Source: Candidatus Bathyarchaeota archaeon (GTDB lineage Archaea > Thermoproteota > Bathyarchaeia > Bathyarchaeales > Bathycorpusculaceae). From it: a stretch of DNA of 64,000 nt. Location of the stretch: positions 352,001 through 416,000 of the forward strand of contig CAWDYC010000003.1 in NCBI GenBank assembly GCA_963806535.1, in the 5' to 3' direction. The translations under genes were made by a program, and so were the position numbers. Within the stretch, counting starts at the first letter, position 1; every line of letters begins with the position of its first letter. This document shows positions 29,996 to 38,409 of the stretch, piece after piece. Below the pieces are notes generated by a model, which saw only the letters and a list, made by a program, of their open reading frames with translations, ran no database searches and was not told where the DNA came from.

Positions 29996-30730
29996 TTAAC
30001 GTTTACCCATAATAGCGGCAGCGCCGGGAACGAGGCGAGTTTTTGGTTTGTGGGGGGTTCCCAGATATTTTAGAGCTTCATCCGGCCAGGATAGACACCA
30101 AGACACTGGATGAAAGCACTTGTCCGGTTGAAGACTGGGAATCATTTCAGGATGTTCCTTCAAAAACCGTTTTGCCTCTACTACAGTTTCTGGGTCATCA
30201 CAGTAAATCTGGTTCAAGTCGGCGTCAGACACGTTTTGTTTAATTCTTGCTGCGCACACCAAAATTTCCCCAAGTTTTTCTCGTGCGTAAGCAATATGTT
30301 CAGGTGACGGATTGAACCATCCAGCTTGCGCTGCTAACTTGTAAGCTAATTTCTCAGCCATTGCAGGCGTTACACCAGTTTCAACCGCAAGCTCATCGAC
30401 TGTTCCTGGACGAAATAGGAGTTTTTTCAAACGTTCCATCGCCGAGAGCATTCTTCCTTCATCAACGTTCAAGAGATACTCATGTTCAGGCAAGGCGTAC
30501 CAAATGGTTATTCGCCGGTTAATTCTCTTGTCGACTTTCTTAATTTGTGCAGCATCTTCTAAATCGTTGATGGTTCCCTGCAGTTTTCTTATCGACATAA
30601 TTTTTGGACATAATTGCTCTACAAGCCATTTCTTCTGCTTAGGTCCAGAAGTGAGCACATCTAAAACCGCTTTTTCGTAAACATCAAATTTTTGAGCTCC
30701 GTGCCCATTGGTACCCAAATCAGACACCAC
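29996..30730 (-). CDS. Hypothetical protein with winged-HTH-like segments
   Basis: AVLDVLTSGPK...WYALP and GTVDELAVETGVTP; divergent from the ParB gene. Confidence 0.55.
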   Translation of the reverse strand: MVSDLGTNGHGAQKFDVYEKAVLDVLTSGPKQKKWLVEQLCPKIMSIRKLQGTINDLEDAAQIKKVDKRINRRITIWYALPEHEYLLNVDEGRMLSAMERLKKLLFRPGTVDELAVETGVTPAMAEKLAYKLAAQAGWFNPSPEHIAYAREKLGEILVCAARIKQNVSDADLNQIYCDDPETVVEAKRFLKEHPEMIPSLQPDKCFHPVSWCLSWPDEALKYLGTPHKPKTRLVPGAAAIMGKR

Positions 30731-30775
30731 TGAAGTCTATACCAAACATCAAGCTTCTTAAGTATTGGTGTAAAA

Positions 30776-31342
30776 TTGGCAGAAAAGAAAACAACCATAA
30801 ATGTTCCAGATGCTTACTTGCCCCTGCTTGAAGATCTTCAGCTTCTGAAAAGTGACGAAAACAACCCAAACAGAATGACAATCAAACAGAAAGAGCAAGT
30901 TTGGCACAGCCTCGAAAAGTACGGCTGGACCTACCCAATCATAACCAACAAAGACGGCGTTTTCGCTGATGGTGAGCAACGAGCACAAGTCTGCAAGGAG
31001 CACAATGAGTTTTTTGCTCCAGTTCTTCGGCTGCCTGTTTCTGACGTTGACAGAAGAATGCTTAGGCAAATTCTAAACAAACTCAAAGGCAAACATAGTA
31101 AGGATCTTGACGCTGCCGAGTATTTGCGGATAATTGAAGCTGGCGAGAAAGATTGCCTGAAAGCACTATTGAAATCCGTTGGAGAAAAGCTGCCTGAAAA
31201 CCTTGATGCCGAACATGAAAATTCAAGCATAATACCAAACAGCTATGAGCTGATCATAGACTGCAAAGATGAGACCGAGCAGCAGACCTTTTTTGAGAAA
31301 CTCAAAAATGAAGGCTACAAAATCAGGGTTCTAAATCTTTAG
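30776..31342 (+). CDS. Viral-type ParB/Srx N-terminal domain protein
   Basis: NNPNRM...SLEKYGWTYPII...ADGEQR; short C-terminal CxDExEQ...GY domain. Confidence 0.8.
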   Translation: MAEKKTTINVPDAYLPLLEDLQLLKSDENNPNRMTIKQKEQVWHSLEKYGWTYPIITNKDGVFADGEQRAQVCKEHNEFFAPVLRLPVSDVDRRMLRQILNKLKGKHSKDLDAAEYLRIIEAGEKDCLKALLKSVGEKLPENLDAEHENSSIIPNSYELIIDCKDETEQQTFFEKLKNEGYKIRVLNL

Positions 31343-31353
31343 GAGGGTACGAT

Positions 31354-32037
31354 TTGGATTTTGATTTTGTCAATAGCTGGATTAAACCAGAAAGTTTCCG
31401 CGCTCAAAGTGTAGTCGGCAGCTTCACGTTAGATGATGTCAAGTTGCAGAAGCATTTCAAAGGATCATTGCCAATAGAAGATGATGATTGGCAGATCGGT
31501 GTCATTGTTGGGCGAAGTGGTTCCGGCAAATCAAGCATAGCAAAACACTTATTTCCAAATGCCTACCTTACGGGTTTCAATTATTCACGAAAATGTATTC
31601 TGGACGATTTTCATGAAAACTTGGAGACCTGCGAAGTAACGCGTCTTCTCTGCAGTGTTGGCTTCGCGTCGCCTCCAGATTGGCTCAAACCCTATAGTTG
31701 CCTTAGTCAAGGTGAGAAGATGCGGGTTGACCTTGCCCGAGCTCTAAGTCTCCCGCAGAAAATTGTTGTTTTTGATGAGTTCACATCGGTTGTTGATCGT
31801 GAAGTTGCAAAAATCGCTTCTTGCGCCATTAGTAAAGCGGTTAGGCGCGAGAAAGACAAGAAGTTCATCGCAGTAACTTGTCATTTCGATGTTGTCGATT
31901 GGCTTGATCCAGATTGGGTATTCTGCACTGACACAATGGAGTTTAGCCGAAAAAAAGATGTCGGCCGCCCGTTGAACTCCAAGTTTGTCGGTGCGGCACT
32001 TCCGCATGGAAGATGTTTCGGCAGTATCACTATCTAA
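31354..32037 (+). CDS. Soluble ABC-type ATPase (N-terminal part of ABC-GNAT)
   Basis: Walker A GRSGSGKSS, signature LSQGE, Walker B VVFDEF, H-loop VTCH; no permease nearby. Confidence 0.85.
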   Translation: MDFDFVNSWIKPESFRAQSVVGSFTLDDVKLQKHFKGSLPIEDDDWQIGVIVGRSGSGKSSIAKHLFPNAYLTGFNYSRKCILDDFHENLETCEVTRLLCSVGFASPPDWLKPYSCLSQGEKMRVDLARALSLPQKIVVFDEFTSVVDREVAKIASCAISKAVRREKDKKFIAVTCHFDVVDWLDPDWVFCTDTMEFSRKKDVGRPLNSKFVGAALPHGRCFGSITI

Positions 32038-32477
32038 ACGGTTCTCTACCTCTAACTGCCCGATGCTATGAAGCAATCTACAATGATCAACCAATAGCAT
32101 TCATCGCCGTAGTTCACACTAAAATGAAAGCAAATTACTTTCGCGTAAGCCGTCTAGTTGTCTTGCCAGACTACCAAGGATTAGGCATTGGAAAGAGGCT
32201 ACTGAACTTTATCGCAGAGCTCTATACTTCGCAGTTGAATTTGCCTTTTTTTCTGGTTACTAGTAATCCTCAACTAATTCGTGGAAATCTTACAAACTGG
32301 AAAATCAAGCGAATTGGCCATGCAACTCATGGTGGAAGAGAAGACAATAGAATAAACCTGGGCCTGACAAAATCGAATAGCAGAAAACGACTAACAGTTT
32401 CTCTTCAATATATTCCTCAGAAAACATGCTACTCCATTCATCAAATAGTAGATGAAAATGACGATAGGTCTTGTTAA
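32013..32477 (+). CDS. GNAT acetyltransferase (Mom-like), -1 frame relative to the ATPase
   Basis: QYHYL and SRLVVLPDYQGLGIG acetyl-CoA motif; frame open back to 31947. Confidence 0.82.
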   Translation: MFRQYHYLNGSLPLTARCYEAIYNDQPIAFIAVVHTKMKANYFRVSRLVVLPDYQGLGIGKRLLNFIAELYTSQLNLPFFLVTSNPQLIRGNLTNWKIKRIGHATHGGREDNRINLGLTKSNSRKRLTVSLQYIPQKTCYSIHQIVDENDDRSC

Positions 32478-32489
32478 AGGTGCCAAAAT

Positions 32490-32891
32490 ATGAATGAAAG
32501 AACCCTTGAGAGACGCTTGGAACTGTTGAAGCTTGAAGGAAACGGCTTGCAGACTTCAGAAATTGTGAATCAATTAAGTGCAAAGTATGGTGTTACTCCA
32601 CGTGCAGTTTATGCTGATTTTGAAACAAGAAGCAGCTGGCAGCCCATACTTGAGAACACAAAAGAATCAATACTGAAGATTCTTAATAGACATGAGCAAC
32701 TTTATCGAAAAACCTTAGTCGCCTACATGCAGGCTAAATCTGATCATGCCCGTGTAGCCGCTTTGAATCTTTTACGGCAAATAAACGTTGATGTAGCTGA
32801 GCTAACAGGCGCCAAGTTGGAGAACTCAGCTCAATTGAATGAAATACACATAAAGTGGGAAGACCCAGAAGTTTGCAAAAAACAATACTAA
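32490..32891 (+). CDS. Putative terminase small subunit (HTH)
   Basis: N-terminal HTH (TSEIVNQLSAKYGVTPRAVYAD), helical body, directly upstream of and overlapping TerL. Confidence 0.65.
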   Translation: MNERTLERRLELLKLEGNGLQTSEIVNQLSAKYGVTPRAVYADFETRSSWQPILENTKESILKILNRHEQLYRKTLVAYMQAKSDHARVAALNLLRQINVDVAELTGAKLENSAQLNEIHIKWEDPEVCKKQY

Positions 32892-34159
32892 TAAGATACA
32901 AGCCTCACCCAGGGCAAATTGAATTTCACTATCACCCAGCGCGATTTCGAGTGCTTAACTGTGGACGCCGCTGGGGCAAAACCATTGCAGGAGCCAACGA
33001 GTTCATCCGCCAAATGTGGGAACAAGGTGAAGGAATGGAAAAAGAAGGAATAGTGGGCTTCGCTGTAGCGCCTACTTATTGGCATACACAGCGGCAATGG
33101 AGTGAATTCTTCAACTACTGTCCATCTTATCTTGTCGAAAAGGTGTTGCGCGCCGATCGACATGTTATTCTCAAGGGCGACCGAAACATTTGGTTTAAGA
33201 GCGCAGATAATCCAGATTCACTTCGAAGCCAAGGTGTAAAGGTTCTCTGGGTAGATGAAGGCGCTCAAATCAGTGAGGAAGCTTGGAATCTTGCATTGAG
33301 ACCATCGTTGATGGACCAGAAAGGAATCGCTTTCTTCACAGGCACACCGCGTGGACATAACTGGTATTTTCGACTATGGACTCGAGGACAAGATCCTTCA
33401 CAGAGTGACTATAAGAGTTGGAGTTTCCCAAGTGTCAACAACCCATATTTGGATCCGAAAGAAATTGCTTCCTTCGCAAGGGATATGCCTGAATTAGCTT
33501 ATCGACAAGAAGTTTTAGCCGAGTTTTTGGAAGATATCGGTTCAGTTTTCCGAGGAGTAGACCGCATAGTCAAAGGTAACCTTCAACCTTTCGAAAGCAA
33601 AATTCATTATGTTATGGGATGCGACCTAGCAAAACTTGAAGACTTCACAGTACTCGCTGTTTTGGACCAAAACGGGCACTTATGCGCTTTCGACAGGTTT
33701 AGCCAAATAGATTGGGTGTTTCAACGTAAACGCATTGTTCAACTTGCACAGCGATATAATGCCAGTTTGCTTATTGACAGCTCAGGCGTCGGAGACCCCG
33801 TCTGTGATGAACTTTACCGAGAAAACGTTCGAGTGGAAGGATACAAATTCACCAACGCCTCCAAGAAAGAGCTTATCGAGAACCTAAGCATGATGATTGA
33901 AAACGAACAAATTTCAATACCAAATATTCCAGAATTAATTAACGAACTTAAGCTATATGGTTACAAAACAACACCGAGTCGAAATGTGCAATATGGAGCA
34001 CCCGAAGGATACCATGACGATTGCGTAATCGCTCTAGCTCTGGCTGCTTGGAAATTAAAACACATTCCACCGTCAGGAAAAGCTGTCTTCTTTCTTGAAC
34101 ACAGCAAACCTCATGCAAGTCGCTATGACTTCAACAATTTCTCTGACGAGGAGTATTAA
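32873..34159 (+). CDS. terL: Terminase large subunit (head-tail virus type)
   Basis: PHPGQ, Walker A CGRRWGKT, Walker B WVDEGA, TGTP, nuclease GCDLA / IDSSGVG / HDDCVIALALA. Start is TTG 32873 or GTG 32855. Confidence 0.92.
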   Translation: MQKTILIRYKPHPGQIEFHYHPARFRVLNCGRRWGKTIAGANEFIRQMWEQGEGMEKEGIVGFAVAPTYWHTQRQWSEFFNYCPSYLVEKVLRADRHVILKGDRNIWFKSADNPDSLRSQGVKVLWVDEGAQISEEAWNLALRPSLMDQKGIAFFTGTPRGHNWYFRLWTRGQDPSQSDYKSWSFPSVNNPYLDPKEIASFARDMPELAYRQEVLAEFLEDIGSVFRGVDRIVKGNLQPFESKIHYVMGCDLAKLEDFTVLAVLDQNGHLCAFDRFSQIDWVFQRKRIVQLAQRYNASLLIDSSGVGDPVCDELYRENVRVEGYKFTNASKKELIENLSMMIENEQISIPNIPELINELKLYGYKTTPSRNVQYGAPEGYHDDCVIALALAAWKLKHIPPSGKAVFFLEHSKPHASRYDFNNFSDEEY

Positions 34160-34287
34160 AGTCGATTGAAAAACATAGAGTTGTTCGCTTGAATTAATTG
34201 CGGGTCAGCTAAAATACGAGTTTTTCCGAACATATTAGCAATTAAAAACTCTAGTAGTCCATGTGATTTTGTCAGAGAGGAGCAAAA

Positions 34288-34343
34288 AGAGCCCCAGCCT
34301 CCTAAGTTGGGGGTCGAGGGTTCAAATCCCTCCCCGCCCGCCA
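34288..34343 (+). repeat. 3' half of tRNA-Arg(CCT), att-like remnant 1
   Basis: Anticodon arm CCAGC-ctCCTaa-GTTGG, T-arm GAGGG-TTCAAAT-CCCTC, acceptor CCCGCCC-G-CCA. The 5' half is absent. Confidence 0.85.
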
Positions 34344-34654
34344 GAAGCCAATTTTAACAATTAAAACCAAAAAGAACATTATTTTTTGATTTTAACCCAC
34401 TATTGTCGTTATTATTCTATCGAGCGTTTGAACCCTCGCATTCTACAGCCGTTTTTAGGGTGCAAGCGAACAATTCAAACACCAGTCAATATATGAACGG
34501 TTTTTGTCGCAAGTGTCTGTGGGTTGATGAAATACTTGGTTACCAAATTCTCCATTTCGTCTCTCATTCGGCGGAATGCTTCAATAGCTCACACAATAAG
34601 TTTTAAGATCTCAGCTCAGAAGTAATAATCAGAATTCGCTGGATGTGCAAGAAA

Positions 34655-35419
34655 ATGGATAAGAATGCTCTTTACGAAGCAATCTTTAAAAGAAAATCAA
34701 TTAGGGATTATGACTCAACGCCGATTGACTCAAATCGTCTCGAAGAGATTTCAAGAAATTTGCAGTCCTTAAAGCCTTTGTTACCAGGGATAAAGACAGA
34801 GTTCAAGATTATTTCGCCCAATCAGGTAACCAGAAAACTTGGGAATAAAGCGCCTCACTTTATTGCAGCATTCTCCGAAGCCAAGGACGCCTACAAAGTC
34901 AACATCGGTTTTATGCTTCAGCAAATGGACCTTTATTTTTCAGCGACTGGATTAGGCAGTTGCTGGTTGGGCATTCCTCAACCAACCAAAGACTTAACAG
35001 ACTCTTCAAATCTGGAATTCATTATTTTGATGTCGTTCGGAAATTCAAAGGAAACACTATACAGGACCAGTGCTTCGGAGTTCAAAAGAAAATCTCTTAC
35101 GGAAATAACAAACATGGAGGGCGCCGATGAATTGTTAGAACCAGCGCGTCTTGCTCCATCAGCGGTAAACTTACAAAACTGGTATTTTACCGGTAACATA
35201 AATGCAATTCATGCCTATTCCTCCAAGCCTAACTTTCTTAGAACTATTGTAGGCGGGAGCTACTATCCGGTCAATATGGGTATTGCCCTTTGCCATTTGC
35301 AACTTGCTGCAGAACACAAGGATTGGAAAACTAAATTCGTCTTCGACAGTTCAAAAGATAAAAAGCCACCCAAGAATCTGGAGTATGTTGCGACTTTGGA
35401 TATCGAAAAGTCAAATTGA
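34655..35419 (+). CDS. Nitroreductase-family flavoprotein
   Basis: AIFKRKSIRDY, GLGSCWLG, ARLAPSAVNLQNW. Confidence 0.88.
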   Translation: MDKNALYEAIFKRKSIRDYDSTPIDSNRLEEISRNLQSLKPLLPGIKTEFKIISPNQVTRKLGNKAPHFIAAFSEAKDAYKVNIGFMLQQMDLYFSATGLGSCWLGIPQPTKDLTDSSNLEFIILMSFGNSKETLYRTSASEFKRKSLTEITNMEGADELLEPARLAPSAVNLQNWYFTGNINAIHAYSSKPNFLRTIVGGSYYPVNMGIALCHLQLAAEHKDWKTKFVFDSSKDKKPPKNLEYVATLDIEKSN

Positions 35420-35488
35420 GAGTAACAGAAATCTATACTTGGCTTAAATATGCGGATCCAAGGGTCACCGCTATCCGTCCCGCTATGT

Positions 35489-35911
35489 TTATAGAAGCTC
35501 GATTGGGTAACCTTTTGGCTTGAGTTTTTTATATTGTGTTTCTTCATCCGCTGTAATGCAGATTGTTTTTTTGTTTTCTGCAATGGCAACTGGGAGAGCA
35601 TCATAAAACGTTATTTTTGTTTCGTATGCTATTTCGCCTGTTCTATTGGTGAGGTTTTCGTCCAGATGAATCACGTTCATGCTGAGGTTGAAAAGTTGAG
35701 CAAGGGCGATTTTCCATTTCGCAGTATCATAGTCTGGTTTGTATCTTAAAGCGTTACCAACTTCACAAATTAGAATTTCTGATATTACCAACTCTGCTGT
35801 ACCTTGGATGTATGAATCTAAGAGTTTTAGTGCTTCATCTGATTTTGTTTCTTTGCTAAACCATTTAACAACTACTGAAGAATCTAATACTATTTCGCGG
35901 CGTCTCGCCAT
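35489..35911 (-). CDS. vapC: PIN-domain toxin VapC
   Basis: VLDSSVVVKWF, EVGNAL, TFYDA, ITAD. Confidence 0.9.
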   Translation of the reverse strand: MARRREIVLDSSVVVKWFSKETKSDEALKLLDSYIQGTAELVISEILICEVGNALRYKPDYDTAKWKIALAQLFNLSMNVIHLDENLTNRTGEIAYETKITFYDALPVAIAENKKTICITADEETQYKKLKPKGYPIELL

Positions 35912-36111
35912 TTTCTTATCTCCTTGGCGCCATTCCAATCAGCTTTGCTTTCCAATCGAAGGTTTTTAATTGCCTCTACGGCGAATTGCATCTCTTCTCT
36001 GCGTGCGGCATCTTCAAACGCTTTTCTTGCAACATCGCTCCAGTTTACATTTTTGCAGCGCTTCATGCGCCCTTTTAGCTCTTCTGGAACTCTTACTGTA
36101 ATGTTACTCAT
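35890..36111 (-). CDS. vapB: RHH antitoxin
   Basis: NITVRVPEELK...VNWSDVAR; overlaps vapC. Confidence 0.85.
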   Translation of the reverse strand: MSNITVRVPEELKGRMKRCKNVNWSDVARKAFEDAARREEMQFAVEAIKNLRLESKADWNGAKEIRKWRDAAK

Positions 36112-36205
36112 GCACATCGCACCACGCACATACTAAATGCACACTATAGAAGTAGGCACAGCGTAAAAACCTTTCCGCCCAAGACTAACCAAACTGCAGA
36201 AGCAA

Positions 36206-36254
36206 CAGCCTCCTAGGTTGGGGGTCGAGGGTTCAAATTCCTCCCCGTCCGCCA
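36206..36254 (+). repeat. 3' half of tRNA-Arg(CCT), att-like remnant 2
   Basis: cagcctcctaggttgggggtcgagggttcaaattcctccccgtccgcca; three mismatches to remnant 1. Confidence 0.85.
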
Positions 36255-36277
36255 TATGCATCTTCGCCATTTTTGAA

Positions 36278-36679
36278 TTATTCCATTTTGTCTATTGGAA
36301 TTGCGACCTTGCACTTCTTTAGCAAATCTGTGTCCTGTGTTACCAACTTCACTTTTTGTTTTTCAGCAATGTAGGCGTAGGAAGCATCGTAGAAAGTGAG
36401 GTTCCGTTCTATAGCAATTGCCAAAACATCTGCGAGGGAATCAATTGCCATCTTCTGTAGTGGGGCTATTGCTTCAGAAAAAATTGAGGCAACTCTTCTA
36501 GGATTCTTGAGCTTTCCTTGTTTGTTTTCCCGCCAAAGCACATTCCCAACTTCGTATTCGGTAAGTGAACTCACCGCGCATTCATCAACGTTGAAGGGAA
36601 TGGATGATATAAGCATCGGATAAAGTGCGGAGGTATCTATGAGATACTTACATCTCTTTCCTTGTCGTTCTGACATCAT
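36278..36679 (-). CDS. vapC: PIN-domain toxin VapC
   Basis: YLIDTSAL, YEVGNVLW, LTFYDASY, LVTQD. Confidence 0.9.
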   Translation of the reverse strand: MMSERQGKRCKYLIDTSALYPMLISSIPFNVDECAVSSLTEYEVGNVLWRENKQGKLKNPRRVASIFSEAIAPLQKMAIDSLADVLAIAIERNLTFYDASYAYIAEKQKVKLVTQDTDLLKKCKVAIPIDKME

Positions 36680-36866
36680 CGATCCACTCTTCAGGTTTAA
36701 CGTCCATGAGGTCTCTGAGTTCTTTTGCGATTTTTTGTGCATTTGTTTTCTTTTCGGCTACGAGTTCCTCAAGGGTTTTCTCTACAGCCAGTTTTAAGTC
36801 GACTCCTAGCTTTTCAGCCTCAAGCTTCAAGCTTTTCTTGATCCTTACAGATAGCACTTCTGTCAC
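36648..36866 (-). CDS. vapB: RHH antitoxin
   Basis: VLSVRIKKSLK...; overlaps vapC. Confidence 0.8.
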   Translation of the reverse strand: MTEVLSVRIKKSLKLEAEKLGVDLKLAVEKTLEELVAEKKTNAQKIAKELRDLMDVKPEEWIDDVRTTRKEM

Positions 36867-36877
36867 AATTTCACCCC

Positions 36878-36903
36878 GTATACACAATGATTAAAATGTA
36901 TAC
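36878..36903. promoter_or_regulatory. Putative antitoxin operator GTATACA-N12-TGTATAC
   Basis: Inverted repeat between the start codon and TATA-like TATATT/TTATAT of the TA operon. Confidence 0.5.
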
Positions 36904-36934
36904 AAGCAATATATAAGAATGATGTGAGCACGAA

Positions 36935-36978
36935 CCTCCTAAGTTGGTGGTCGAGGGTTCAAATCATTTCCCCCGCTA
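36935..36978 (+). repeat. Decayed 3' half of tRNA-Arg(CCT), remnant 3
   Basis: cctcctaagttggtggtcgagggttcaaatc...ccccgcta. Confidence 0.75.
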
Positions 36979-37068
36979 ATAAAACAGTTATACATCTAAC
37001 AAATCTTGCGAATTTATTTTCATCAATTAGAGATATAATCTGAAGATTTGAAATCACATTGATTTGTT

Positions 37069-37232
37069 ATGATTTAGCTTTTAGATGTTTATAGTAACTG
37101 GTTTATGTATTGGTTGGCAGTTTTGTTCTGTTTTTTTGTTACTCATTTTATGGCATCGCTGATGCCTGTGGAGTATTGAACTGCTTTCGTGCGTTTGTCC
37201 ACAGGCACGCTTGGCAAGCTAACGTTCACTGC
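37069..37232 (-). pseudogene. Duplicated 3' fragment of asnB
   Basis: Aligns by eye with 38405-38569 (KAVQYSTGISDAIK vs KAVQYSTGINDAIK). Confidence 0.8.
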
Positions 37233-37372
37233 ATTGATAAAATAATGCTTGTCTGGCAAGCGCAAAATGAAAGTTAAACGGCGAGGTAAGATAAGTGTTT
37301 GAAGATCAGCAGAAACGGAAAGATGAAAGTGAATATTTCTAAATCGGGTGTTTTTAGCCAAAAGGCACTTAT

Positions 37373-37398
37373 GTATGCATTCGATATCTATTGTATAC
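37373..37398. promoter_or_regulatory. Putative antitoxin operator GTATGCA-N12-TGTATAC
   Basis: Near-identical to 36878-36903, just upstream of ATG 37408. Confidence 0.5.
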
Positions 37399-37407
37399 GT
37401 GGTAGTG

Positions 37408-37728
37408 ATGACGCTTAAACCTTTAGCAGTAAGAGTACCTTCAGAAGTAGAACAAGAAATCAGCGAAATCGTTAAGGAAGAAAAAGTTGATAAAGCAACA
37501 GTTGTGAGGAACCTCCTCGAAATAGGTCTCGCCGAATGGCGCAAACAAACTGCTCTTGATCTTCTGCAGAAGGGAAAGATCACTTTTGCTAAGGCTGCAG
37601 AGATGACCAAGCTTTCGCTCTGGGAATTTGCTGACCTTATTAAGCAACGCAGTATTGAATGGGTCAGACTTGAACCTGAGGAAATAGAAAAAGAGTTTAG
37701 GGAAGCATCAGCGGCGAAGCGTAAGTGA
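37408..37728 (+). CDS. UPF0175-family antitoxin
   Basis: RHH-like N-terminus plus ALDLLQKGKITFAKAAEMTKLSLWEF. Confidence 0.85.
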   Translation: MTLKPLAVRVPSEVEQEISEIVKEEKVDKATVVRNLLEIGLAEWRKQTALDLLQKGKITFAKAAEMTKLSLWEFADLIKQRSIEWVRLEPEEIEKEFREASAAKRK

Positions 37729-38237
37729 AACCGTTAGTTTTCGATTCCACCCCTTTGATTTACCTAACAAAAGTTGGACTAGGCCGAATCTTCAAAGAAT
37801 TACAAGTTGAAAAGTTAACATCACCTTCGGTCAAAAGAGAAGTTGTTGATGAAGGCAAAAACAAAGGCATTCCTGACGCAATAGTTTTAGATAGATTATT
37901 TGCTAGTGGAGTTTTTAGAGTTTGCAACCCTACGAACAAGCTATTCCTAACCCGATTGTCAGAAACTCACGGTCTTCATTTAGCTGACGCAGAAGTTTTG
38001 GCGCTTGCCCATGAGCATACAGGAATTGCAGTGATGGATGATGAAGTAGGTAGGAAGACCGCGAAGGTTTACGGCATTGATTATGCGGGTTCCTCTTACA
38101 TTTTGATGCGAGCGGTTTGTGAAGAGATAATTTCAAAAGCGAAGGCTAAGCAAGCGGTTAACGATATGGTTTCTCTGGGTTGGCGATGTAATGTTGAGAG
38201 TTACAGGAAAATTTTGGAAACTTTAGAAAAACTCTAA
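37725..38237 (+). CDS. DUF3368-family PIN toxin
   Basis: VFDSTPLIYL, LHLADAEVLALA, VMDDEVGRKTA; 4-nt overlap with the antitoxin. Confidence 0.85.
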   Translation: MKPLVFDSTPLIYLTKVGLGRIFKELQVEKLTSPSVKREVVDEGKNKGIPDAIVLDRLFASGVFRVCNPTNKLFLTRLSETHGLHLADAEVLALAHEHTGIAVMDDEVGRKTAKVYGIDYAGSSYILMRAVCEEIISKAKAKQAVNDMVSLGWRCNVESYRKILETLEKL

Positions 38238-38303
38238 GAGCTACATACGGGTAAACAAAACGATTATTGGTTGAACCGGTGCAACGGTGCACGTCGTCGA
38301 AGC

Positions 38304-38325
38304 CAAATCCCTCCCCGCTCGTCTA
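38304..38325 (+). repeat. Highly decayed tRNA-Arg 3' remnant 4
   Basis: caaatccctccccgctcg matches the T-arm/acceptor end of remnant 1. Confidence 0.55.
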
Positions 38326-38409
38326 CTAACTGTTGGTCAAGTAGCAAATTTTACGATTTTATTCAATTAGACGAGATTGAAAAGAATTGAAGACAGCATT
38401 GGTAATGAT

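Larger units (their letters stand above)
18420..38400. mobile_element. Accessory/genomic island between aspS and asnB
   Basis: Contains surface-protein array, terminase module, four TA pairs and tRNA-Arg 3' fragments. No core genes and no integrase seen. Boundaries approximate. Confidence 0.7.

Noticed and set aside
30776-34159. Complete provirus
   Set aside because: No portal, capsid, tail, replication or integrase genes are visible.
34288-34343. Functional or split tRNA-Arg gene
   Set aside because: No 5' acceptor strand (GGGCGGG) or D-arm upstream and no obvious complementary leader. Multiple decayed copies fit att scars better.
34403-34606. 67-aa ORF after the tRNA remnant
   Set aside because: TTG start, no recognisable features, and it overlaps the likely nitroreductase promoter.
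37143-37610. 155-aa minus-strand ORF
   Set aside because: Chimera of sequence antisense to the UPF0175 gene and the decayed asnB duplicate.
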